From Yuukianura sp. NJ FZ-2021 (taxonomy: Eukaryota), in the NCBI GenBank assembly GCA_046563655.1, contig CM102287.1:5704001-5768000 (forward strand): 64,000 nucleotides of DNA, in the 5' to 3' direction. Under the pieces are notes generated by a model. That model saw only the letters and a program-made list of their open reading frames with translations. It ran no database searches and was not told the DNA's origin. Of the stretch, positions 1-13,277 are shown piece after piece. How positions within the stretch are numbered: position 1 is the first letter of the stretch; the number at the start of each line of letters is the position of its first letter. Both the position numbers and the translations under genes were made by a program.

Positions 1-2533
1 GGTCAAATCACGTTTTTGATTGATCAAAATGGAGAGGGTGAGTTATCAATTACATCGTAGAGTTTACTGGACAATAAGGATTAAGTACTTAACAAATATT
101 AAATTAAATATTATATGTTTATCTTTATATGTACTATATAAAAAGACTAACTTTTAGCTTAACTACAGCATGCGATCGATCGTTAAGCGCTTTGTTCACT
201 TTACATTAGGATACGAATACTTTGACGTTGTTCCCGGCGATGAGGACGGAATATTTTACATAGCAGTCAAGGCCCAACTGGTTGTAGACGAACAAGGGGT
301 ACCGTTGCGGGTAAAACTCGAAAAATTTAATTTTGAATTTTAAAATTAAGTTTTTACTTAAAAATTTTTGTTTTAGGTAGGAATTATTGCTAAAGACAAA
401 GCCGCTCCTCCGAGACAATCAGAGCCGCAGATAATGCTCATCAGCGTCGTACCTGAATCCAACCAAGAACCAATATTCGTTGGAGAAAACGCTGAAGTAC
501 ACATCCAAGGTTTGGCACGCTTTAGTCATTATAAGCTGTAAAAACACGTTTCCAGTTCACTGTTCACTGGTTGAATTTTTAGTATAATAATTTTGTATAT
601 AATTAGTATAACTAACTTCAATTTTAGAAAATGCAACTCTGCCAGCACCGATTGTTCTACTGGCAGCTTCAGACCTGGACACAATTGGAGACGACCCTCT
701 GGACCGCTTCGGATATGACATTTGTTACTACATTATAGGTACGCAAATATCTGTTTTTAGTTAAAATAGAATACGATTTTTTGTGCATATCGATTATTTA
801 TGTATATTATATTTTGTATTTTATGTTTCTAGCTGGAGACACGACGCAATCGTTTCAATTGGACGAGTATACAAACACGCTGACTTTAAAACAAGGCATA
901 ATCCTGGATCGCGAGCAAGTTCCTACGTACCAATTATCAATTCTGGCTAAGAACGACAAACCAAATGCTTGCCAACCTCCGACTACCATACCTCCGCTGG
1001 ACTCACCCAGTGTTCTCAATGTCCAGATCATCGTAGATGACCTCAAGGACACTGCACCTCGGTTTGTTGACCTTGGTACTTGTTCTGGCGGAGTTCGTAC
1101 CTCTACAGCAGAAATCGGCAGCTCAACGTCTATTGTTCTACGGGGCGAAGAGGATGACCTCAATGACCCCATCACGTTTACCATCGATGACAAAACACTT
1201 GAAAGATCAGATCCATCGCTAGCTGGAATCCAGGATCCTGTTTTTACAATCAGCGAAACTAACGAAATTCTGATCAACTTCCAAGCTAATGAAGCTATGA
1301 AGGGATACTTTACGTTTACAGTATTCCTGACAGATTCTGGTAAGCATCAAATAGCAAATTTTTTGCATCTTGTCAACTTCTGTTTTTAGTTTTAACAAAA
1401 TTATGCACTCTGAGACCAAAATTTTGAAATTTTGTTTGTAGTTGGGGAGGAGGCAACTCAAATGTGTAAAGTGTACCTCACTACTCCAGACAACTACGTT
1501 GAATTTCAATTTGACGATGGTTATGAAGAATTCACTGACTCAATTATATCCCAAGTAGAAACTATCATGTCTGAAAACTATGGATACCTCTGCAACATTG
1601 ACAAAGTACGCAACACGACTGATGAAAATGGAAACGCATTTGCTGGAAAAACAACAATTGAGACACACTTTATCGATGAAAGCAAAACCGAACCTGTCCC
1701 GAGCTACTTAATTACGGAGTAAGCTCTAACTTTTTTAAGCTTTTGTATATTAATTGACGTTAACTTTTTAAATTTATTTAGTCTACCATACGATGAACCT
1801 GAAAAGTTCATTAACCTCACAGCGGCTCTCCAAGATATTGGACTCAACCTGGACATAAAATCATACTATGAAGAACCGGTAGATGAAACACAAGGAATTT
1901 TGACCTACATTCTCGTCGGAGCTGTAATAGTTCTCACAATCGTCGTTGTCATTGTTTCAGTCAGTTGCTGGTTCAACTCTAGACGGTAACTGCGAAGATT
2001 CCAATCTATGAATTCCGTAAAATACTTTTGGCAAATTGTTCATTTTGTGTTTTTCTAAAAATTTTGGTCATAGACTGTCCCTTCGCGTCCGAGCTTTGAC
2101 AGCCTCGACATTCGGATCGCAGGAATCCGGATTGAACCGAACTGACAGCTTTAAACTGCCCAATACGAACCAACATGCCGTTCAAGGTTCAAATCCTGTT
2201 TGGGCCACGGAGGGTGCAATGCGGGCGTTGGATACTGAAAGTGTCGGAAGTGGAGGTTCCGTTTTGATTGGACTAGAAAATGACGAAGATTTTAAAAACT
2301 ATGCAGAACCAGAGAGAGAAGATGATTTCAGCTTTGCATTTGGCCCGGAAAGAACCCAGGGAACTTTTAATCCGATATTCGGAGCAAATTTTGGCGAAGA
2401 GGATGCTGACGAAAAAGAAACACAAGATCATGCAGAGGAAAACGTAACGCAAGATCCATTGCCATCAATCTCGGGAACCATCGTAGGTCGACGAAATCCT
2501 CTTTCAATGCAGAATTTTGATGATGAAGAGTAA
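1..2533 (+). CDS. 3' part of a cadherin of the Cad88C / lepidopteran Bt-R1 type; 5' end lies outside the window
   Basis: Exons approx 1-37, 210-310, 377-508, 628-738, 833-1339, 1442-1718, 1782-1985 and 2074-2533 join in frame. They contain cadherin motifs (LDRE, DDLKDTAPRF), a TM segment ILTYILVGAVIVLTIVVVIVSV, and cytoplasmic FGSQESGLNR...PNTNQHAVQGSNPVW. Confidence 0.88.
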
Positions 2534-3180
2534 CTTGTAGCATTAACATCCAAGTTAATTAGTGACACGAATCAACAATTCCATAACGAAATCGTACTTG
2601 GCCATTTTTGAATAACAAAAAATAAGAAAGTGACAAGTATTTACTATGAAAGAATGTAATTCGAAGTAATCGAAATGATTGCATTAATACCTTTTCGTAT
2701 TGATAAGGACGGTACTTGAGCGCGTCTTCTTTTTGAAAATGGCGCGAAAGTATCAAGAGCTTGAAGGAAAAGAAAATATTTTTGTTTTTAAAAATCTAGT
2801 ACTTTTGTTTATTTTTCAAATCGATCGAGGATTGTTTTGGTTGACCGTTGACCTCTTGACCTCCTCGGGATGCATTCTTGTAGAGTTTTTTGTTTACTCC
2901 ATTTCCTGGTCGGCCAATGACGCTGGGACGCACGCATGCCCAAACACATAGACTAAAGACATCTGTTTAATGCGAATCTGAATTTGTAAACAAGAGGTAT
3001 CAGCTGTTCTTATTTTGATAATCTTTCATTTCACATTTTTAATTTTAAGCTACATGGTTTCAATTTTTACTGTGATCTTTTGTAATTCCATTTTAATTTT
3101 AGATTCCTGTTTATACCTCTAGTACCACCGCGATTGACGACCTTCCGATTGCCAGATCAGGTGAAGCAGCCAGTACCGAA

Positions 3181-4871
3181 ATGTCGTTACCTCCTGTACA
3201 GGACCAGCCTCAAGTTGAGTGTTTCACGAAGATGGGCCCTGCTGTGGGTGGGGTTGTGGATTCTGACATTGCGGACGATTCCGCAATTGAAACCGACGCG
3301 GATATGGATGCGGAAGGGCAGGTTCCATTAACTCTGGAGACACTTCCAACAGAGGTGAATAAGCTTACCTCGAGTACTGTGCAGATTCTTGATAATATGA
3401 TCAATAATAATTCCTGTTTTTTGCAGATGTTTCTCCATATTTGTTCTTTTCTTGATGCTGGATTTCTAATTCATAAACTTGGCTTAGTCTGTAAACAATT
3501 TCATAAAATACTGGCGAACGAACAGACCTGGAGAATTCGGCAAATGAAGCTATGGGGAAACAATGGGCTATATCCTCCTGTCCCGGGTGAGTATTCTCAT
3601 TTCCACAGAGTCCTTCCGATTTTTAGATTACCCGAATTTCGTTTTCTGTTCTTTGCAGTAAATGAAGACGAATTTCCTTGGAGCCGAGCCTGTGTCAAGC
3701 GCGAGGAACAGATCAAGCTGTGGGGAAACAATGGTTCTAACCTTCAAAAAATTGAACTCCGAGGGCACATTGCCTGTGTCGATTCTGTTCACCTTTTTGA
3801 GGTAATGCTGCCCCGGTTGCTTTCGTTGTGTTAAATAGTCAACCTTAAAGAATCTCAATTAATCTGTTTCATGTTAATAGGGTGGAAGGTACATGGCATC
3901 CGGAAGTAGAGATCGTTCCATCATTGTCTGGGATTTGGATAAATGTTTCGGTGCTAGAACTAGCAATGCCTATTCCGAAGGCAAAATTGATACAAAGTCT
4001 GGTGCTCATCAAGGATGGATTTGGTCTCTTGCAAGCAACTCTTCGCATCTTTACTCAGCGTCATGGGACACTAAAATCAAAGTTTGGGACAGAAAGAATA
4101 GTTTCCAGCTTGTCACAGAATACACGTAGGTCTTTCTTCCAAAGAATAAGAAATATTCACACTAGATACTTTGTTTAATTTTTGGTGATTTTTCAGAACA
4201 AAGGCAGCTTGCTTGTCTCTTTCTGCAATGGAAAACCTCGTTTCCTGCGGCACAACCAACAAGAACGTTTTTCTGTTTGATCCAAGAAATGGAAATCAGC
4301 CTATCAGATCTTACAAGGCTCATAAAAATTCTGTCTTAGCTTTGGGAATGGACGAGAATCGGATTATTAGTTGCGGTGAAGATGGGCGCGTAGTTTGCTA
4401 TGATCTTCGGGGCAACAAAACTACGAAAACTTTTTCGGTAATTTTGGAGTACTTACGATTCTTTTCATTCCAAAATAATATTTTGCTAACTGTTTTTTTT
4501 TGACGCAGCTTCCAGAAACCGGTGCCTTTCCGACCTGCTTGTCTTACCGTCGTGAAGATCCCGCTCCAATATTCTACTTGGGTGATCAAGTTGGCAACTT
4601 ACATCTCGTGTCAATGGATCTGAACATCGTTCACTCTTATGAAATCGGTCACAAGAGATCAATTCAAGGCGTTTTCCATGGACTCGGCAGCGTCTTCACT
4701 TGCTCCAGAGACGGAACCATGAAAATTTTCGAACCGAGCCTTGGCCTCAAAGAAATCGCTTCGTACTCAATTGGCGAAGAACTTCCAGCGGTCCATTCAC
4801 TCTACAATACCGTTGCATTAGCTGACGGCAACGGTGTCATCCACTGCTGGTCACCCGTCAATGGATTCTAA
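3181..4871 (+). CDS. FBXW9: F-box/WD40 repeat protein, FBXW9-like
   Basis: Exons 3181-3354, 3427-3586, 3659-3801, 3881-4125, 4197-4437, 4509-4871. F-box LETLPTEMFLHICSFL followed by WD repeats (GHIACVDSV, ASGSRDRSIIVWD, AHQGWIWSL, ASWDTKIKVWD). Confidence 0.85.
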
Positions 4872-5614
4872 ACACTCGTCTAACGTAACTAGTACTAGTC
4901 CTTGCTAACGAAAACCAAAGTCTCAATTTCTACTTTTCTAATTGTTACCATGTCTGTTTCATTCTTCATCGCATATCTATTACTCGTATTTCCTACTTAC
5001 GAAATTTTTATTGCCGGTACTAATTTTTTAGTCTTTTGTACTAAACTTTTAGGAAATGTCAAATTAACAAGCATGTGATGTAATACCACAAAAACAATCT
5101 TCCGCTGTTTTTATTAACTCGAGCCAGAAGGGAACCAGCGGCAGTGTTTGTGCAAATAAACGACATCGCCTCTACGCCAACGCAATGAATGTGGTCACTT
5201 TGGTTTTGGATTCTTGCAACGCATGTGAGTTTTGAGAGAGGTCAACCATGGCTAATTAAATCCACGGTGGGCCTTATTTCCTCGGTTGGCTGAATGTCGC
5301 GGTCTCCCTTTATGTAAGTCTAATACACAAAATTATTGCATAACATTTTTTTCACTTTCATGTGGTAATTTCATTGCCATTTTTTCCTTTGTAAACAGGC
5401 CAAAAACACTCAAGACAAGTCAAAAAAGACATAAAGATTGGAATCATTGGAAATTGGCAACGGGTTGCCCTCCCTGGCTTTTGACTCTAGTACTGCTAGT
5501 GCTTTTGCTACTTTTCGACAAGATTTGCCACTAGTACCACCGCAGTGTACCAAAATGTAACTTGATACGGAGGGCACTTATGCGGTTGTGATTAGTGTGA
5601 CCAATTTACCAATT

Positions 5615-5657
5615 TATATAAAAAGAGGCAGAACGGGCACAACAATGTATTCAGTTT
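5615..5657 (+). promoter_or_regulatory. TATA box and arthropod initiator of cuticle gene 1
   Basis: TATATAAAA at about 5616 and TCAGTT at 5651, upstream of the ATG at 5705. Confidence 0.65.
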
Positions 5658-5704
5658 CTGTTGACCAATTTGGAGGAGAAGAACAATAAGTTTTTAGCCT
5701 GAAA

Positions 5705-6722
5705 ATGAATACAATCGTAAGTTCAAACACAGTTTTCAAAAAGATTTACGAAGCTGAGTTTATATTTCCGCTTTTTAAAAATTGTGATAAACCATTGAAG
5801 TTTTGGACTTTTCAGTTGGTGGTTCTGTCTTGTTTGGTGGCTCTGGCAGCCGCTAGACCGGAGTTTGCTGGACATGGAGGACCCCTTCTTGGACACGGAC
5901 ATGGACATGGCAAAGCCATTGACTACTACGTAAGCTGCTTGAAATTCTATAACTGATTCAAATCGTTTCGAAAAAAAAGTTTAAAAATCTAAAATCTGAA
6001 AAACATTTTAGGCTGTTCCAAAATATACCTACTCTTATGGAGTTGATGACCACTACACTGGTTAGTATCTTTTAACATTTAAGTTCATTAACATTCTATT
6101 GAAATTGACATGTTGGTTTTTTCTGGACATGTCATTAGGTGACAAGAAATCTGCCCACGAGACACGAGAAGGTGACCTGACCAAAGGTCAATACAGCGTT
6201 CTTCAGCCTGACGGAGTCCTCAGAACTGTCAACTACGTCGCGTAAGTTCAATAACACATTTGTAAAATAATTAGAATAATTTGCTAAAAAATAAGTGTGT
6301 ATTATTATCCTCTATTTCGCAATTGCAGGGACCCTGTTCACGGATTTCAGGTAAGAAGTTCATTGCTTGAGGTTACGCATTCACTCGCATTGTTATGCAA
6401 CTAAATTCTTCTTTTTGCAAATTACTCCTCGCCACAATCAACTTCGAATCGAATCTTTGCAATTATCGATGAACTTTTGTCACAAAAATTCAATTTGACA
6501 TTGAAACTATTCTGACAATTGGAACAATTACATTTCAAAGGCCGATCTTTTAAAAGCTTGAACAATTTACAATTGAATTAACATTTGCATGATTTGTTCT
6601 AATTTTTCTAGGCCACTGTTCACAATTCAGCCCCAGCAGTTCACGCTGTCAAGAAGGTCGTGGCCCCTGTTGCTTATGGCCATGGACACGGACACGCTGG
6701 GTTTGGAGGTCACCCGTACTAA
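5705..6722 (+). CDS. Cuticle protein, CPR family, RR-2 type (chitin-binding R&R domain)
   Basis: Exons 5705-5716, 5816-5929, 6012-6060, 6139-6241, 6329-6350, 6612-6722. Signal peptide, then [59 protein letters not shown]. Confidence 0.93.
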
Positions 6723-7770
6723 ACAAACCATACAAACCAACTTTTTCTGAAAAAAGTTTGAAAAATGGCTCCAAAATTGACATTGACCAAAAACACAATG
6801 GAGGATGAAGCTTTTTTGAGCTGCCGCTGCATTTTTCATTTCAATTCTTCCATAAAAACCTAGTCTTCCTCCTTCAGTTTCTTTTACTATCACTGCCTAA
6901 AATCTTTTCTGTACTTTAAACGCTTAACCTAACCCAATGCTAACTCTAACCTTAACATCTTTTTCTTATTTTTATTTATTTATCTTATTTTATTTAGATT
7001 AATCTTTAGAATTCTTCTTGTTTTTCCTCTTTAGCTTTTGTTCTCTGCTCAAATCTTGTGATATCTCAAAGTTATTTTTATACAAGCCTAACTTAAAGTA
7101 AAATAAATCTAAATCTTGCCAAAATTTAAAAAAAAAAACTTGCAGATCGCACTCTGATATTTAAAATCGGCGTTTCAGAAAGCAAAACCTGACACCAAGA
7201 ATTATGAATTTTAGTACTAGAAATGATTTCAATTTAGCGACATTAAAAACCAGCGAAAGTGCTTTTCCGATGTCTCCGATTGCGTTTTTGCATGCATGGA
7301 ATCTTGCTTTAGTGATTCTTCTTGCAATTTATTTTAATTTTTTAATTTTTCTATGTGATTCACTGTTTCTTGTAAGTAAAAAGTGACAAAGTTGGCCCAG
7401 AATTTGTTCAGGAACAAACCAAAAACAAAACAGCAACAATTAGCATCATTTTAGCTACAAAAAAAACGCAATTTCGCGTTCTACGTTTCAAATTAAGAAT
7501 TTGTAGCACGTAATGAATTGTAGTAGTCTTTAGTGTACACCGTGTACCCAGAGGCGAAGTGGCCAGGTTTTTAACATACTGTTTTCACTCCGTGTCACTG
7601 AAAGTGTCAAACATGCATCAGTAACATTTTCCCTTTTTGAGTACAAAGCTCAAAGTGTGGCTCATTTTGAGAATTAATCACCTAATTGAGGTGTAAAAGT
7701 GACAATTAACGCCAAGAATGGTTGTATATAAGACTTTAGGACCGGAAACGACGACGACGCAGTCAGAACA

Positions 7771-8838
7771 ATGGAAGGTTCCAAGGTAAGACACGGTTAT
7801 GCATTCTGCGTCTGTGCAACGACGACATCTTGGACGCACACTTAAAACAATCTTGTTTTGCTACAGATTCTGTGGACAATTTGCATTTTGGTGTGCTTGA
7901 CCGCGGCGGTGAGCGGGAAACGGCCAGATGACCGTGACGAGGACAACGGTGTAGCTCCGCGACCTCTGCGAAACAAAAATGTAAGGTCGAGTATTCGCAA
8001 AACCACACTCAATCTGGAATTCAAAAAAATGATGAATTTTATGAAAATTTTAAATTTTGAAACGTATGATTTTAAGGGCCCGGATCGAAATCCAGAGCTA
8101 TTCGCAGGCCTTCCTGACCCGGATTCTAGTGCTCAGCAAGTTTCGCCTACAATTTCTGGAGCCGGATATCAAGGAAATCTTGGAGGTCAAAACGGACTGC
8201 TTGGTGGTCAGGGTTTATACTCTGGTTTCCAAGGACAAGGGATCAATCCAACCCTGGGTCAAGGTCAAGTTGGTCTGAACCCATACCTAGGCGGCTTTGG
8301 AACAACAACTAACCTAGGTGGTGGCACTTTCGGTGGAATTGGCACTGGCTTCCAGAATCCATATGCCTTCGGTGGAGCAAGTGGTCAAGACATTTATAAT
8401 CAACAGGCAGGACTCGGCTTCGGTGGAATCTATACCTCACAGGGTGGCTTCGGAGTTGGTGGCTCCGGAATTTACAGCACAAATCCCTACTTTACCCAAG
8501 GTCAAAGTCCGTATTTGAGCCAAGGTCAATCACCGTACTTGGTCAATCCTTACTTCCAACAAGGTGGTGGAGTCTCTACACAGTATTTGGGAAGTGGAAA
8601 TCTAAATCCCTACTTGTTTTCCCAGCGAAACCCTGGCTATGTTCAAACCCCATACTTCGGGACAGGATTTAATGGAGGCAGTGTCGGTGGTTTCGTGAAT
8701 CCCTACGGTTTGAACAATTTCAATCCTTATGGTTCATTTCCACTGTCGTCTAGGTTTGGACTGGGTGCTGGACGGGGGTCATTGGGGTCACGCAGTAACA
8801 GTGCAGGGTCATCCTCGTCTTCGTCAACAGACGAGTAA
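7771..8838 (+). CDS. Secreted Gly/Gln/Tyr-rich low-complexity protein, probably cuticular
   Basis: Exons 7771-7785, 7867-7980, 8077-8838. Signal peptide MEGSKILWTICILVCLTAAVSG, repeated (N/S/T)PY motifs, TATA-like element near 7726, and a position between two cuticle genes. Confidence 0.78.
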
Positions 8839-11800
8839 CTACAATTCCGAACAAACAAATAAAAGCATTCTGATGCTTCAAACAAAAATATGAAGATTTC
8901 ACTGGGGAGTTTTCCGTTTTTCGAAATTTGACAACATCCGTTTCAGCATTTAAGAAATAATTAATATACAATTAATTAAATTTTGAGCTGCTAATTACTG
9001 CTTTCTTATCGTTAACTCGTCGGTGTGCTCGGTACCATTTTTAATTTTAAACACATTGTTTCATGAGGATGCTGTTCACATTTTGTAAAGTAAACTGCAA
9101 TTTTTGAAGTACTAAGACAGACAAAGTTGCACGACGCTAAATTTTTGATTTTAAGAAACTGTATGAATGAGTGCTAATAAGAAAAGTTGCGTTCTCTTTT
9201 TCATTTCGGTTTTCTCGAAATTTTGAAATTGTGCCTTGATCATCGAGTACTTAACGATAATTGTTCATTTGAATTGACATTATTGCCAAATTCCATTCTT
9301 ACAACATTAGAAGTTGAAGACAATGAATTAATTGGAGGATTTGAGCAGAAATTGAGAGTGTCTGATTCCCTTGGTAAGTTTAAGTTACACTTCTTCAGTC
9401 TCTCTCCAATTAATCACATTGTTAAGCACAATTAAAGTCTCCTTTTAATTGCAATTGTAATTACGTATAGCAAACACAAGCTTTTAAGTCCACTGAAATT
9501 CACACAAACGTGTCAAACGATCTACTTCCAAATTCTCATCAAAAAATATTTTTTCAAGCCAATTTCATGTGGGTTGCGGACGTGCCTCTTAAACTATTTT
9601 CGCACGTGCCAATTCTTAATAGTCCTCATTAGTAACTTTAAGCACTTGGAGTTATGTAACTATGAGGTCAAAGGTCATCTGCAATTTGAACCTGCGCAAG
9701 TCAATTTTTGCTGGTCTCTGATTGGTCCCTGAGGAGCCGAAACTGCAATTGTTTTTGAAATGTTTGCAGTTTATTGCAGTTTAAATTGATAATCGTGTTT
9801 TCAGCAAACAAGACAGATAGTAAACTCCGAGCCAAAATTTGTCAGTTGTGTCACAGGCAAAATTGGTCGTTTTTTGCCAAAATCAGGTCAACTTTTGGAT
9901 GTCTCATGGCTTTTCTCAACATCAAACGCGACGTTATTCATGTTTGGCAATAAGATGTTATGTGTTATGTTGGTTTAAGTTTAACTGGATCTTGTACTTA
10001 AAATTTACTGTTTGCTAAGGGCATTGCAATTTTTTTGGTGCAATTTTTTGTAATTTCAGTTGTCAATTACTTTTTAAAATTTAGCGATCACATTTTGAAG
10101 AATGACTTACGACTTGTGTGACTTGCAAGATCAAAAGAACCGTGCTAAACTATCAAAAAACTGCCATGAACTGAAGGGCGTTGGCATTGCTCCTTTTCAT
10201 GTTGACAAAAGTTGAAATTGTGAAGGTCTCAATGCTTGGGCGATTAAACGATTGTTGTAAAAACTTTAATTTTTAGGTTTTGTGGATTTTGAGTAAAGTT
10301 GTGAAATAATTGAGGCCAAATTGGATCAGAAAATCATGTTTAGGAACTCAAAGAACAAAAATTTATTATGAAGTCCTGAGTCATGGGACAAGACAGACAG
10401 CAGAAATGCCCAAAACGTGATTTGATTTCAATAGATTTTGTTGCAAATGAGGATAACAAAAGCATTTCTCTTTCTTTCATTTTTGGCAAACTTAAAATAA
10501 AATTCGCATAGCATTGAGTCATCAGAGATGCCGAGGGCAAGGGCACAACCACAGCTTAACTACTTTGCTCACGGTGACAATGGACACAAATTCAAGGAGC
10601 CGGAACAGTCAACAGGCAGGAATTGCGTGTGTGACAGTTCTTGGGAACTTTTGCAAATTGCGAATTCCCTGGCTTTATTTTCGCAAATTGCAAATTCCGT
10701 GGTTCAGTGAAATGCTTAGCCTTTGGAATATTAGAGAGTCAAGGGAGTTATAAGAGAAACTGCAAAAGAGAGTCTGAAAAAAAAATTTGCGAAATTTGGT
10801 AGAATATGGAAGTAATTTACAATTAAATTTTCATTTGGAAGTTAAAAATGCACGGGATTGAGCAACTTGAAACTGAAACTGGCGAGGAGTCTGAAAATTG
10901 TAGTCTGTTGATGTGAATGTCCCATTGTTAAGGGTATTGTTGTAGAAAAGAAAATTGGATCATGTGACCTCTGTCCTCATATTAGCATCACTTGGGACAG
11001 AGACCTTTACTTCCTCTTGTGCAAAACCATATTCCTTGCAAATATTCGCAATTCCTTGCACTCCAAGTCATAATTCATGTTCGTGTTCGTCAAAAAAGTA
11101 ATAAAAATCAAAATCAAATCGAATTCCAAAAAAGAACAAAATTTTGAAGTTGTTATTATGCAATCCTGTTGAGGTTCGCTGTTTTCGGTTAACTTTAAAA
11201 CCTTTTTGAAAATTCATTCCAACGAAAAACATATTTAAGTAAATGGAGAAAATATCTAACAAAATGTCTGGATACTTTTTTTTTCTTCAAAATTTTGGTT
11301 TTATTTTCACTTTTTAAATTTTGCAATATTATTTAGTGTTGGTGCCCTTCATCCTTGATCGTTTAGTTTGATTCCTTTGGTATCAAGACTAAATCAATCG
11401 TGCTCTTGAATTCAATTAACTTGTTAACCATTTCCAAATATACGTTTAATACACGTATAGTGGACAATACCCAATTTGTAATAGCTTTTGAAGGTAAAAT
11501 TCTGCACGCTTGGGTTAGGATACGATCCGAGTAGCACGATTAATTCTGCTAAACCAAAATAATCTAAAAATCTGACAGAAAAGTCACTATTTGTTCTAAT
11601 TTTACGTAAAGAAAGGAATTTAATGTCTCCCCTTAGGGAATTCAAAATCAAAATTTTCACGGATGAAAATTCAAGGTGTAAACATCGTGATTAGACGATA
11701 ATTAGCTGCAGATTGCTTCTCGATTGGAATTTGCGGAAGCAACCTTTACATCTAACCGTAGTTAACTAATTATGGGACGCTTTAAATATAAACCCTTAAG

Positions 11801-13155
11801 CATTTGCACATTGTCGTTACAGTTGGTATCAAGGCGTTTTCGTTTTTATAAATCTGAAAAAATGTGAGTAACCTTGCGTTTTTTAGAAAAAAAAGTGTTT
11901 GTTAGAGTTAATAAAATCGAAATAATTAATATCTTAAATAACACAAGGGATTTCAATTTGTGAATTTAGTCCAAGGTGGAAATCAGTGGAGACTTTTAAA
12001 CGATCCTATGAAGCAGATGAATGGAAGTTTTTTTTAGGTTAGGTTAGGCCTAGCTTGTTAACGATTAAGCCCCCCTTGTTACTATACCATTGTAGTAATT
12101 TCCCTTCTAGAATCCTCTAACCTCCAATTTTAATCCAATTTTAAGGAGGAAATTAATTGGAAAAGTGATTAAAGTGCCCAATGGGACATTTTAACACCTA
12201 ATGTTATGCAATGAGCTGAGGGAAACAATGCAATATGCCACGGCTAACTACACAATGCGTCGTTGAAAAAGTGAGGGGGAAGGCGTCCCGTGGGGCGTGA
12301 GAAAAGTGAAGAATTAATATTGCGAATCTTGTGGATTTATTAACTCTTGGAATTACGAATTCTCCAATTTGCAAATTGGCGAATTTTCCAAGGTCTTCCT
12401 CTTCATATTGTCATTTGTCACCAAACAGTCAACAAAGAAGGAAAAAACGAAAAAAGTTTTATGTCGGCTCACGTTTTCAAAAAGAGACCAAAGACAGTAT
12501 TTCAAAACTAAATCGAAATTTTTAAAGTTTATAAATTAATTTAATAAATTAATTTCGTATTTTATTTTTCAATTATATGGTCTATGGCAATAAATTTCCA
12601 TTCGGGATTTCATTCTGAGAGTAAATACCAAAAGATGTCGTTTTTTTTCCGAAAAAGAAAAGTAGTCGGGTTTTTTTTCTTATTTTCTGAAAAAACATGG
12701 TGGGTTGGTGGTGATAGATTTATGAAAATTTTGAATTCCTGAAGCTCAAAATTGAAAATTGCAATTCACAAAGCCTGCAAATACTACGAAAAAAAAACGA
12801 AACAAATTCCTAAAAGTTGGGGAAAAAACTGTAATATTATGCTGTTTTTTTTTAATTTTTGTAAAACTTTTTCATTTTTTTATAATGCAATTGTGTCCAC
12901 TGACAAACACCGTTGAGCCTTGCATGTTCGTTTTTCCTGACCTTAGACATTTTTTGTACATGAAACAAAAGTAAAAGGTCACTTGTGATCCACTTGGAAT
13001 TGAAGGGGCTGGTGGCACTGTGAGGTGTTTGACAAAGTGTTTTGGGTTAAAAAATTGGAATTTTGCATCAGAAGATGCGAGGAGGAAGCTAACATTATTG
13101 TGGATTCTTATTTTCTGCATCGTAGGCCAACACCCTTGGTGGACTTTGGGAATGG

Positions 13156-13191
13156 ATATAAAAGGCTCCGTGCCTGCCCCCTCCGTCAGTG
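13156..13191 (+). promoter_or_regulatory. TATA box and initiator of cuticle gene 2
   Basis: TATAAAAGG at about 13158 and TCAGT at 13186, upstream of the ATG at 13278. Confidence 0.65.
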
Positions 13192-13277
13192 TCCCACCAA
13201 CTTCCGAACTTTGCAAAAACTGACCTAAGGAGCATCATTTTCTGCAAATTCAAAAGTATTACTGCGGTAGAGACACA

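Noticed and set aside
855..1277. Antisense ORFs over coding exons (also 14285-14674, 26113-26451, 47841-48140)
   Set aside because: Shadow ORFs of real genes with no independent signal.
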